Source: Octopus bimaculoides (taxonomy: Eukaryota). Taken from it: DNA of 38,477 nucleotides. The position numbers were made by a program, and so were the translations under genes. Positions 12,261 through 24,168 of the stretch are shown here, piece by piece. Location of the stretch: positions 41,350,937-41,389,413 of the forward strand of contig NC_068999.1 in the NCBI RefSeq assembly GCF_001194135.2, written 5' to 3'. Position 1 is the first letter of the stretch. Each line of letters begins with the position of its first letter. The notes beneath the pieces were generated by a model that saw only the letters and a program-made list of their open reading frames with translations, did not search any database and was not told the DNA's origin.

Positions 12261-12400
12261 TGGTCTTCTGCACAGTTTCTATCTACCAAATTCCACTCGC
12301 AAGGCATTTTGCTTTGGCCAACCTGAGTCTGCAGTAGAAAAGATTTGCCCGAAATGTCAATATTTGGATTCGAACCAAGATATCTGTGGTTATCTGGCGA
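12261..12400 (-). mobile_element. SINE family A, diverged fragment
   Basis: cagtttctatctaccaaattccactcgcaaggc...gtagaaaagatttgccc homologous to 9788-9870. Confidence 0.6.
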
Positions 12401-13125
12401 ATATCATTAACAGACGATTGTGCTTGTCACTTATGTATTCACATTACGTATTTATATATATTATTTTTAATTTATGTACATAATTATTTTTGTTTTCTGT
12501 TTTTAAATTAAATTTCAACTTTTTGTTTCTTTCATTTTAATATTTTTATTCTATTTTCCATAAAACTTTTGATTTTTAGGGGTGGGGATATTATCTGGTA
12601 TTATCTTGTATTGAAAAACAATCAAATATTCCTTTAGTTCTTCGCTTGGCCTCCTGCAGAGAATCCGTGCCAAATTTTTTTAATGATTCAAAACAAAGAA
12701 TGTTATTTTGAGAATTGTTTTGTTATTCTAAAAGTAAGACATGAATTTAATTATTTCAAAGGTTAAAGGTCACAGAGCTGAAGTACACAACAAACCAGAT
12801 AAAACAACAACACAGCCACCACGTGATCACACAATTTCCTAGTAATAGCAACCAAATCTCCCTCACAGCACATTCCATTAACTTAAATAGAGAGGGACTT
12901 GTCCTATAATGTAGTCCCTCATGGGAAATGCTTGACAGAATAACAGGGCTGTTATAGATGGACTCTCTTTCATAATGCGCGCTGGTTTGGAGCTAAACAA
13001 GAAAATTGCTCACTCAACTTCAGCGATTCTATTATACACTCGACCTGTTAAATGGAGTAATTAAGTCACCTTTAATCACGTGTTGCAATATTAGTGATTT
13101 GATAATGTACTTGCTTACGATCGTA

Positions 13126-13650
13126 CAGTAATCCCTCGACTATCGCGGGTGTTACGTTCCAACCACCCGGCTGAAATAGATCAAAATCCGCGAAGTAGAA
13201 ACAGTACTGTACTGTATTTTTTATTATTTTTATAAGTTGCATATATTTTTGTTATTTTAATATATTTAAGCTTTTATAAACTCCTCCACACTCTTAGGAG
13301 TACCCGTGTCTTTTTGCCTCCCAAGTTTCGTTTTCCATACAGTATATGCGATTCTCTGTTTACTTATCTACGGTACACTACGTATTTTCTTTTAATATAA
13401 TTTAATTAATGTGTTATACAGTGCAGTACTATACTGTATTTCTATTCATTAATTTATTAATTTTTAGGCGTGAAAATGCTTATTTTGCCACAGAAATAAT
13501 TAAAATCTAAAAAAATATAAATATCTATCGGCCGCAGAAACCCGTGATATAATGAGGAGTGCGCGTTATAAATATACACATATTAGCCAGAAAAATCCGT
13601 GATGTATTGAGGGTGCGATAGGCGAACCGCGATATGGTAAGTGATTACTG
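13126..13650. mobile_element. Non-autonomous pogo/Tigger-like DNA transposon (MITE), 525 bp, TA target-site duplication
   Basis: ta|cagtaatccctcgactatcgcgg at the left and ccgcgatatggtaagtgattactg|ta at the right form imperfect terminal inverted repeats flanked by TA (13124-13125, 13651-13652). Confidence 0.8.
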
Positions 13651-13872
13651 TATTCTGTATTCCTAAAACACAGGAAGGTTAAAGAACAAGGTCGTCAAAA
13701 CAGCAAATCTCTTTGATCATAAGAGTGTACACCATCAAATTTAACCCCTGCCGAGGCAACAACATAAGCAACATTCTTGAAATGCGACCGTGAGATATTG
13801 TGCGATTTCGGCATGTTAAAACCTTGCACAGCCAATCACTCTAAACTTCAAGGTATATCTGCTTCGTTACAG

Positions 13873-13888
13873 GATAAGAACGAAAGAG
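13873..13888 (+). other. Candidate 16-nt microexon
   Basis: tatatctgcttcgttacag|GATAAGAACGAAAGAG|gtgagg: good acceptor and donor. Confidence 0.25.
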
Positions 13889-13897
13889 GTGAGGTAC

Positions 13898-13942
<45 letters not shown>

Positions 13943-14237
13943 CGCTCGCGCGCATTTATAGTAAAAGGCTTCGTTATTAAGATTTGATAACTCTCTGACT
14001 CTGAAGCAAAGTTAGAGACATCAACAGCACAAATACAAACCACATGCACACACACATGCACACACACACACACACACATATATGTATATATATGCGCATG
14101 TATAAAGGAAGTTAAAAAATAATCAGACGTTATTTGGAACCTCATGGGAGGAACAAATTCACCACTACATCAGAATTGACAGTTGACTATTGACAACTTT
14201 TTTTAACAAGGATGTTGCCATAGAGACTCCTAAAGTA

Positions 14238-14285
<48 letters not shown>

Positions 14286-14407
14286 TGTATATATTCTTTA
14301 TACATGTGTATATACTTGTACATACATATATATGTGTTTGTGTGAAATAAAATGAGACAACGAATCCACAGCTGTGAGAAATTTTCAGGACATTTATAAG
14401 AAGTTTT

Positions 14408-14455
14408 GTCTTACAACTGTTTCTGGGATATTAGGGATATCCCTTCATCAGAGAC
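14408..14455 (-). ncRNA. Minimal type I hammerhead ribozyme motif (Penelope-like element type)
   Basis: Minus strand: GUCU-CUGAUGA-A-GGGAUAU(CCCUA)AUAUCCC-A-GAAA-CAG/UUG-UA-AGAC: 4-bp stem I, intact core, 7-bp stem II, loop-less near-palindromic stem III (ACAGUUGU), GUA cleavage triplet. Confidence 0.7.
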
Positions 14456-14780
14456 GATGTGAAATGGTTAAATAGAGGGAAAGAGTAGGGTTCAATATGA
14501 GGCTTTGTTGTCTCATTTCATTTCACATATACATGCTCATACAAGACCCTCATTAGACTCGTTCGAATCCCACCTCCTGTCACCAGAAAAATCTATATCC
14601 CAAAGTATATGCACATTTGAACGTATAGCTTACAAAAAAAAATGCAGACTATAAAATAGAAGTTGAAAACAAGAAAACCGCGACTGATATTCTTATATTT
14701 AAAAAAAACTAATTACATTACTATTATTATCGCTATTATTTCTTTCTTTCTTCTTCTTCTTATTATTATTATTATTATCA

Positions 14781-15007
14781 AGGCGGCGAGCTGGCAGAAC
14801 CGTTAGCACGCCATACAAAATGCTTAACGGTATTTTGTTCGTCTTTACGTTTCGAATTCAAATTCGACTTTACCCTTCCTCTTTTAAGCGTCAATAAAGT
14901 AAGTGCCAGTCAAGTACTGGGGTCAATGTAATCGACTATCCCCCTTCCCCAAAACTTCAGGTCCTGTACCTATAGTAGAACGGATTATCATTATTATTAT
15001 TATTATT
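14781..15007 (+). mobile_element. SINE family B, full-length with (ATT)n tail
   Basis: Head aggcggcgagctggcagaaccgttagcacgcc, body ...actggggtcaatgtaatcgact..., tail tatagtagaacggattatcattattattatt. Confidence 0.85.
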
Positions 15008-15038
15008 GACAATATTTTATGTTGCTTGTTATTTTCAG

Positions 15039-15097
15039 AAAGCGCCTCTTATTTTTGGCTTCAAAAACCGAACAGATGTCTTTCGAATTGATGAAAG
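15039..15097 (+). other. Candidate 59-nt internal exon of an unidentified gene (KAPLIFGFKNRTDVFRIDE or KRLLFLASKTEQMSFELMK)
   Basis: U-rich acceptor ttttatgttgcttgttattttcag| and perfect consensus donor AAG|gtaagt; two of three frames open. Confidence 0.5.
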
Positions 15098-15138
15098 GTA
15101 AGTCTTTAAAATTCCCATTTTACACACACATACATATA

Positions 15139-15235
15139 GAGGGGCTGGACAAAATAATGGAAACACCTAGCATCATAATTTTGAAATATCTATAAAACCC
15201 TCAAAATCTTGTTTATTTTTATGTCTTTTTATTCA
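15139..15235. mobile_element. Tc1-like element terminal fragment
   Basis: ta|gaggggctggacaaaataatggaaacacct resembles Tc1-type TIRs; the partner TIR was not found. Confidence 0.45.
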
Positions 15236-16104
15236 TTTTTAGATAGATAGATAGAGAAAGAGAGAGAGGGATAGATAGGGAAAGAGATAGATAGATAGAT
15301 GGATGGATGGAGAGAGAGGGGGAGAGAGAGAGAGAGAAATAGAGAGAGAGATTAAAACAGCAACTATTTCGTGAGGTTTTATCAAATTCCTTTGCAAAGT
15401 TGAAGAATTTGTTACTGAATAAAAGCAGCCTCATCCGTTATGGCGTTCAGTTCTTTCTTGATTCTTCCTGTTTTCTGCTTTCACCATTTTCCTTTTTCCT
15501 TTATACTTTCTTTATTTTTTTTGTAGAACTGTATTTTATTTTTATCTTGTCTTACTTGTTGTTGATGTTTTTTAATTTCCAAAATCAAGAAATGTTTAAA
15601 TATATCGCAGAGAATTCTTAAATAGTATCAAGATGATTAAATCACCTCCTACGCTTCTGATTAAACTGATCTAAATAAGATGTGTGATAGCATCTTAGCT
15701 GATAACACACATTTAATAAGATGGCGTGAATGTTTGATTACAAATTGGTAACAGAGATGGGGTGAGGTGATTCGACATAAGTCTGTGTGCGTCGTATTGC
15801 TTACAGTGTGTATATGTGTGTGTGTTTCTGTATATAGCTCTCTGTGTGCGTATGTGTGTGATTCGCACAGAATATGTATATCTGTGTGTATGTGTGTGTG
15901 TTTGCGCGCGTATGATTGGCTGTTATGCGCATTTATAGATCTGTGTGTACCTATCAGAGTGTTGTGAATATGTATGTCTGTGTCAGTACCTGAAGACTTT
16001 GTGCATTGGGATTGTATGGTATATGAGTACATGCCAGTCAATTCGTATATGTGTATGTGTATTTGTATGTGTGAACGCCTCAGGTTGTGAATGTAGTTCT
16101 GTAA

Positions 16105-16390
16105 GTATGTGTGTGTGAAGACGTGCATGTATATGTGGATGGATGCATGAATCTATAAGTGTGCATGTGTCTGTATGAGAATATGTTAGAAGGTATTGCT
16201 TCCATTGCAATTATATATAGACACACTGACACAGATACATATNNNNNNNNNNGTATGTGTGTGTGAAGACGTGCATGTATATGTGGATGGATGCATGAAT
16301 CTATAAGTGTGCATGTGTCTGTATGAGAATATGTTAGAAGGTATTGCTTCCATTGCAATTATATATAGACACACTGACACAGATACATAT
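16105..16390. repeat. Exact 138-bp direct duplication flanking a 10-N gap (probable unmerged contig overlap)
   Basis: 16105-16242 is identical to 16253-16390. Confidence 0.9.
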
Positions 16391-16859
16391 CTACGTAATG
16401 TACACATATACGCATAGAGATACAAACACACATATATAGCATTATCATTATCAGTAGTAGTAGTAGTAGTAGTAGTAGTATTTCGCTTAAGCATAGTGAT
16501 ACAAATAGCCTGGTGTGAGAAACGCTTCAGTATAAAGTTTTAGTTGAGTACAGAGCAGTAATAAATTGAAATGACAAAGGAATAAGTAACTATGCCATGA
16601 GCTTCATTTGCTTACGGCTGTTTTTGTTATAAGGTATAATGTACTCTTTATTGGATGCTTGCGTATCACCCAGTAGATTCATCAGAGCTCCAAAACCATA
16701 GGCTGATTCACCTGTCTCCAAAGACGGATTTGCACAAAATATCAGAAACCCGTCTCTCGATGGCATAAAAACTGAGGAGTTTTACACTTTATCAATAAAT
16801 ACAATTTCTGCTGACTAAGGATACCAGTCGCCCCGTTTGGCACTATATATATGCATTCA

Positions 16860-16898
<39 letters not shown>

Positions 16899-17456
16899 CG
16901 TACCGTACGGCATTCACATTAGCGGCTGGTCGTAAAAAGGAGAGCAATTTGCCCCTTCCATTCGTAGACAGGAGTGTTACCTTGGGCAACTGCTAGTAAC
17001 GCCTTAGCCTCACCAGGCAGAAATATGAGGAAAACACCGGTAGCAGGACGTTGGATATCTAACAAGGAGGAGGCGTCCTAGAGCAACGAGTTGAAGGTTA
17101 TTGCGGCCATGAGGAAAAACTGTGTCACCATTCAACGGATCAGCGTCAACAAGAGTCTGATCTGCTGCTGCGGGGCAGCCTCATCGACGACCATACTCAT
17201 TGCAGTCGTGTGCTCCACTTGATATTTGGTATGGAAGCCCAGAGAGGTGGTCTGGTAGTGCGGTCAATGCCACCTGCCTCACTTATCGTCCAAATGCGTT
17301 TTGTTTCAACTGAACAGACGAGTCGAAGTCGATCCGACCTACGACGGACAGTTGACGACATTTATACACATATGTATGTATATACCTATATATATATATA
17401 CATATATATATATGAATGTAAGTATGTGTATGCGCATACATGTATGTAGATGTGTA

Positions 17457-17673
17457 CGAAGGGGTGCTGAAAAGTTCCTGGCTTTAAGGGTCTTACGAAA
17501 GGCCTGGTTAGAGGCCTAACCTTCCGAGTTCTTTTACAGGGTTTAAAAAGGCTGAAGGGCCTCTGCAATAAGGGTATGACTCTGAGAGGGGAATATGCTG
17601 AATAAAATCATAATTAACTGATCCTCCAGTATTTTCCTTTCCATAAAGGCAGAAAATTTTCAGTACCTCCTTC
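17457..17673 (+). mobile_element. Mariner-derived MITE (copy 1)
   Basis: Left TIR ta|cgaaggggtgctgaaaagttcctggcttt, degenerate right TIR aaaggcagaaaattttcagtacctccttc; interior resembles the end of a mariner transposase (…ctgagaggggaatatgctgaataa). Confidence 0.7.
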
Positions 17674-17744
<71 letters not shown>

Positions 17745-18012
17745 NNNNNNNNNNNNNNNNNNNNNNNNNNNNNNNNNNNNNNNNNNNNNNNNNNNNNNNN
17801 NNNNNNNNNNNNNNNNNNNNNNNNNNNNNNNNNNNNNNNNNNNNNNNNNNNNNNNNNNNNNNNNNNNNNNNNNNNNNNNNNNNNNNNNNNNNNNNNNNNN
17901 NNNNNNNNNNNNNNNNNNNNNNNNNNNNNNNNNNNNNNNNNNNNNNNNNNNNNNNNNNNNNNNNNNNNNNNNNNNNNNNNNNNNNNNNNNNNNNNNNNNN
18001 NNNNNATATAGG

Positions 18013-18157
18013 CGAGGGGAGTTAGAAAATCTGAAGGGCTGCTGCAATGAGTGTGTGAATCGGAGAATGGAAATGTTGAATAGAATGATAATTAATCGAT
18101 CCTTTTATATTTTCTTTTACTCAAGGCCAGGAACCTTTCAACCCTACACCTACCTCG
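18013..18157 (+). mobile_element. Mariner-derived MITE (copy 2, more deleted)
   Basis: ctgaagggctgctgcaatgagtgtgtgaat…gttgaatagaat parallels copy 1; right TIR aaggccaggaacctttca…cctcg|ta. Confidence 0.6.
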
Positions 18158-19397
18158 TATTAATGAGCATGCACGCATATATTAATTATATACACGTGTA
18201 ATAAGTATACACACACATACACACACTTACTTAACGCTTCACTACATACACACACGCAACCGCACACACGAACCCAGATTCTCATACTTAGTCACACACA
18301 TCTACACGCACACCTGTCTTCTTATACCCACAAATACACACATGTACACATGTATTCACGTCAACGCACACATCTATACAGAGAGATATTTTTACACAGT
18401 CAGCGATACTAACAGACAGACATGTAGGCAGGCAGGTAGACAGACAGACAGACAGACTGTCTGATAAATAGATAAACAGATAGATAGATAGATAGATATA
18501 CACGTAAACATACAGATATACATTCACACATTTACATGCATTTACAAAACTCATAAACGCATACAATAAACCAACACAAACACATGCATATGCTTACACA
18601 TTCTCAACATACACACACACACTTACATCAAACATACAATACAACACCATATAGACATGCACGCACATACATACACACATATGGATACACACACACACAA
18701 TACAATGCTCACAGAACACACACACAGATACATTTTATTCACAACAGATACACACACACAATATATTCGTACTCGTATTACCATTCATAGAATAGTGCGC
18801 GCTATACACACACACACACACACACATATGGACACACTCGCAAGAGAAAAGAAAAGCGTTTAAAGAAAACATACACAAACAAACACATTCACAAAGTACA
18901 TCTTACGCATGCGCACAATATATATATGTATAAATGAAAATATCCAAATCGAATTTAATCTGCAGGAAGAAAACGTGAAACTGTCTTCATATCACCTCTA
19001 ACAGCGAACTCCACAAAAGCTTGTCATCGACTTCTTATCTCAACATTCATCTAATTTCCTTAGCTTCTTAGATTTCTTGCCTTAAATTATCATATATATA
19101 TATATATATATANNNNNNNNNNNNNNNNNNNNNNNNNNNNNNNNNNNNNNNNNNNNNNNNNNNNNNNNNNNNNNNNNNNNNNNNNNNNNNNNNNNNNNNN
19201 NNNNNNNNNNNNNNNNNNNNNNNNNNNNNNNNNNNNNNNNNNNNNNNNNNNNNNNNNNNNNNNNNNNNNNNNNNNNNNNNNNNNNNNNNNNNNNNNNNNN
19301 NNNNNNNNNNNNNNNNNNNNNNNNNNNNNNNNNNNNNNNNNNNNNNNNNNNNNNNNNNNNNNNNNNNNNNNNNNNNNNNNNNNNNNNNNNNNNNNNN

Positions 19398-19433
<36 letters not shown>

Positions 19434-19750
19434 CTTAATGTTTCTTTTTATATTCAGTTTGAATAAAAACAAAATCACGTTAATCTGATGAGTTAGTTGA
19501 TACTTCTGTAGAGTTATAAATTTATTATTCTTTCAAAAGAATGTTATCGACAGTGACTCCGAAGTTTCGAGCTTTCCCAAGCCATACAGACACACAAACA
19601 CAGACACATTACTTAGTATGAGTGTGAGAGTGTAGGTACAAGTCATTGGGTGTACGTATAAGACAGTGTGCCTACACACAGTCATATATATATGTGTGTG
19701 TGTGTGTGTGTGCGTGCGCGCGCGCATATTATATACGTGTTACTTTTTTA

Positions 19751-20040
19751 AGCCAGGTACTTATTCTGTCTGTTTCTTTTACCCAACTGCTAAATAATGG
19801 GGACGTAAACACACCAACACCAGTTGCCAAGCGGTGGTGCAGGAGAAAAATACACATACACACACAAACATACATTTATTCGACGGGCTTCTTTCAGTTT
19901 CCATCTACGAAATCTACTTACAAGGTTTTGGTCAGCCCAAGGTTGTAGAAGACAACCACCCAAGGTACCACGCAGCGGGATCGAACCCAGACCAAAGTAG
20001 TTGGGAAGCAAACTTCTTTCCACACAGCCACGTCTGCGCC
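19751..20040 (-). mobile_element. SINE family A
   Basis: Collinear with 23452-23863, including the internal (CA)n tract. Confidence 0.8.
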
Positions 20041-20049
20041 TATAAACAC

Positions 20050-20600
20050 CACCGCGTAGAAATACTTTCAGTTTCAACACTATCATAGCTTTCATTATAA
20101 TTGCTACCACAACCACTAATATCACCAGTACCATACCATCACAACTGTTACTCATACCACTATCTCCAGTGAGACTCATAACCAATACAATAAAAACCTC
20201 ACCAAACCACTATTGCCCCGAACACCATCGCAACTACTGCGAAAACTACTACCAACTACAATCATACCATCGTAGTCAACAGCAGAGTCATAGCTGTCAT
20301 TATTACCACCATCATACTACCACCGTCGCAATTATTACGACCACGCATAGAGAACGGCATCATAACCATCAGCGTGAAAATAATGGTTACTCGTTGCATC
20401 ATTGCCATACAGAAAAACCATTACACCACCACTACCACCAACGCCTCTACCACAACAACTGCCGCCCCCACTACTCTAACAACGATCCCCCACCATCAAC
20501 ACCACTACAACCAGCACGCCGCCACCAACACCATGGCAACAACTGTAACTGCCGCCGCCATTACCGTCGGCCATCACAGTGACATACATCAAGGGAACAA
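20050..20600. repeat. Decayed trinucleotide (CAC/CCA/AAC/TAC) low-complexity tract
   Basis: Direct reading; explains the His/Thr-rich ORFs. Confidence 0.8.
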
Positions 20601-20662
20601 CCATTATTTCTTCAGATAACAATTGAATTTCAATGTCTAAGACATAGTACTTTCTTTCTACG

Positions 20663-20699
<37 letters not shown>

Positions 20700-22535
20700 G
20701 TTGTATGTACATCGGTGTCTGTATAAAACTGCTCGTAGATAACATCGACTGATCTTTTTATTGTAGAACCGTCATGTTTACACTTTCACATGGAGGCACA
20801 TACTTGCGCGCGCACAGACAGACAGACAGACAGACAGGGATGTGTATGTATGTAAATACATGTGCGTGTACATAAAATATACATACACATATGTGCATAC
20901 ACACAGACACACACACACACATATATATATATATAAATGTGTTGTATGTATATAAAAGAGTGTTCATAAAATATATATAAATATACATATATATTATACA
21001 TGTGTGTTTGTATATATGTATAAACACATATGCATATCTGTATAAACACATATGCATATATGTATGTATGTATGTATGTATCTATGTATATGTGTAGATA
21101 TGTGTGCGTGTGTGTGTGTGTCTCACAGTGGTTGCTATGATACGAATCGATTCCAGGTCATTCTTTTTCTAAAAATTCAATTATCAATTATCAATTCTTG
21201 AGGTATTTAAAGTGTCATTCGAGTCACGTGTTTTCTTTATTGACAATAAAACAAACGAAGGACTGCAAGCTGACATAAAACACGCGCAAACACGGGAAGA
21301 TTTAACACACTCACACACACACATACACAAACATATATGCACACATAGTCAGGGAGATAGCGACATACAAATGCTAACACACGAACACACACATTTGTGC
21401 ATGCGTTTATGAATATATGCACATGTTTCTTTATACGTATGCTTGTATATATGAGTGTGTGCATGTGTGTATGCTATGTGTGTGTGTGTAGGTATGCATA
21501 TGTACGTATATGTATGCATATATATGAGTGTTATCTGAGTATACATATATGTGTTGGCATGTATGTATACATACATATATAGCTGAATATTAGACATTTA
21601 CACTGTATACTCCTGTTTCTTCATCACAAGATTGATCAGGTAAAACAGGATAAGTTCTATCGTTCTTTCTTCACATATAAACATGTCATAGTTAGTGTTT
21701 GAAATATATTGTTTTAGTTAAATATTCATTGGCTACATAGCTAACAAATTATATATGCACATATGGTGGGCTGGATGTGAATGAATGTGCCTTTAAACAG
21801 TTTAATCATAATTCATATGTAAATTGTTTTTAAACATGATTTTTCCTAAACAAACTTATTACAAAGCAGAAGTTAACCCTTTTTATATATATGTATATGT
21901 ATCGATACACTTCTATGCAATCATACGGGGGAAACCAGAATAGCTATTTATAAGAGGTACATCATTCACCGTTAATAGTATATTTAAGGAAATAGAAAAT
22001 TTTTGAAAAGACTTGCAGAATACAATCGGCCGTCTAACATTATGATATCTAAAAAAGTATTTAGCAATATGTTGACATATAGAAATGAGTTCGGTGCGGT
22101 TTGTTCAACGGTATTTTAAAATGGTTTCTTAAGATTGTATAGATAACTGATTGTGATAAATTGTGTACAAATATTGGTTAGTCTTAAAGGCGCCATCTCG
22201 TATTGTAGACTAAATTATTATGTCTTTGCAAAGTTCTAAAGATATAATTTTGAACAAATCTTCTAAGATATCATAGCCGTATCCCAAATGTATCTTGGAA
22301 TACCAATGGAACGACGTTTTTTTTTTTTATTATTATATACGCACTCACCAAACAAACTTTCTCTCTTTTTATCAATCAAGATAGATGTGTGTATGTGTAT
22401 CTGTCTGCCTGTTATTTGTATGTGCGTATGTGGATGGGTGTGTGTGTATGCATAGATATATACATGTGCGTGTGTGCGTGAGAATATCGTCTGTATATGC
22501 ATAAATGTATGAATATATGTATATATGCATGAATA

Positions 22536-22610
<75 letters not shown>

Positions 22611-22827
22611 GTTCACATGTATGTATATATAAATGCGTATGTATACGTATGTTTATATATGTCTGTGTGTGTATATATAAATATTTATGTATATATACAT
22701 GTGTATAGATATATATATGCCTGTACATATATATGTACGTATGTGTGTGTGAGTGTGTATGTATGCATCTATCTGTATATAAGTATTTATACGTATAAAT
22801 TTTTTTATATTTCTAATGTATGTACGC

Positions 22828-22876
<49 letters not shown>

Positions 22877-23451
22877 NNNNNNNNNNNNNNNNNNNNNNNN
22901 NNNNNNNNNNNNNNNNNNNNNNNNNNNNNNNNNNNNNNNNNNNNNNNNNNNNNNNNNNNNNNNNNNNNNNNNNNNNNNNNNNNNNNNNNNNNNNNNNNNN
23001 NNNNNNNNNNNNNNNNNNNNNNNNNNNNNNNNNNNNNNNNNNNNNNNNNNNNNNNNNNNNNNNNNNNNNNNNNNNNNNNNNNNNNNNNNNNNNNNNNNNN
23101 NNNNNNNNNNNNNNNNNNNNNNNNNNNNNNNNNNNNNNNNNNNNNNNNNNNNNNNNNNNNNNNNNNNNNNNNNNNNNNNNNNNNNNNNNNNNNNNATATA
23201 TATATAATCGCTTTGTTGTCCATAGGTCAGGGGGAAACCGCACACTCTAAAAGAGCTTGGTTTTATAATTTTATATTGTCGAACAAAATGGAAATGGCAT
23301 AGAACCGGTCATAAGGTTTCGCGCCGATTGTTGCTCTTAGCAATAAACTCGGCTCTTACAGTCTGACTATCTATGTGCCATAATCAGGAATATGTTGCTC
23401 GGCAACACACTCAGACACATATATATTTATCTGTATGTATGTATGTATATG

Positions 23452-23658
23452 TTCTTTTATTGCTTTGCGTTTCAGTTATTTGACTGCGGCGATGCTGGAG
23501 CACCGCTCTAAAGGTTCTTAGTCGAAGAAATCGATCCCTGGACTTATACTTTGTAAGCCTAGTGCTTAATTTATCGGTCTCCTTTGCCGAACCGCTAAGT
23601 TCCGGGGACGTAAACAAACCAACATTGGTTTTCAAGCGATGTGGGAAGACAAACACAG

Positions 23659-23701
<43 letters not shown>

Positions 23702-23863
23702 TATACGACGGGCTTCTTTCAGTTTCTGTCGACCATATCCACTCACAAGGCATTGGTTGCCCCGAGGCTATAGTAGAAGACACTTGCCCAAGGTGCCACG
23801 CAGTGGAACTGAACCCAGAAGCATGTGGTTGGGAAGCAAGCTTCTTACCACACAGTCATGCCT
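23452..23863 (-). mobile_element. SINE family A, full-length with internal (CA)n(TA)n
   Basis: From the tail ttcttttat…gatgctggagcaccgc through gacgggcttctttcag to the head cttcttaccacacagtcatgcct. Confidence 0.9.
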
Positions 23864-23912
23864 TTATATAATGAAGAAACATTGAAGCGCCGACTGAGTT
23901 CGTATTTCATGG

Positions 23913-24168
23913 AATGAAAGAAATCTTGATCGCAGGAGGATAGGTGTGAAAACAGCTTATAGAATCGGGTAAAATACCCATATGACCGGGGAGAAAATGT
24001 GGCCAACAAGCAGCTACAGGGAATAGAATCACTTTTCTTTTTGCGATACAGAGTTCGAATCTGTATGGCAACCAGCTGGCCGCTTTTATTTCCGTCTATA
24101 ATTATATTTTACCCGATTCTCTAATCTGTTTTCACAGTTATTCTCCAGCGTTCGAGATTTCTTTCATT
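23913..24168. repeat. Long imperfect inverted repeat (fold-back/MITE-like)
   Basis: 23913-23976 vs reverse complement of 24105-24168: 56/64 identical; weaker pairing continues inward to 24019/24061. Confidence 0.85.

Noticed and set aside
16616-16771. Minus-strand 156-nt exon candidate (FMPSRDGFLIFCANPSLETGESAYGFGALMNLLGD…)
   Set aside because: Weak pyrimidine tract, opposite strand to the stronger candidates, and overlaps a probable PLE-terminus remnant.
20169-20619. His/Thr-rich ORFs resembling metal-binding or mucin-like proteins
   Set aside because: Arise from a decayed CAC/ACC/AAC trinucleotide tract with no splice or start context.
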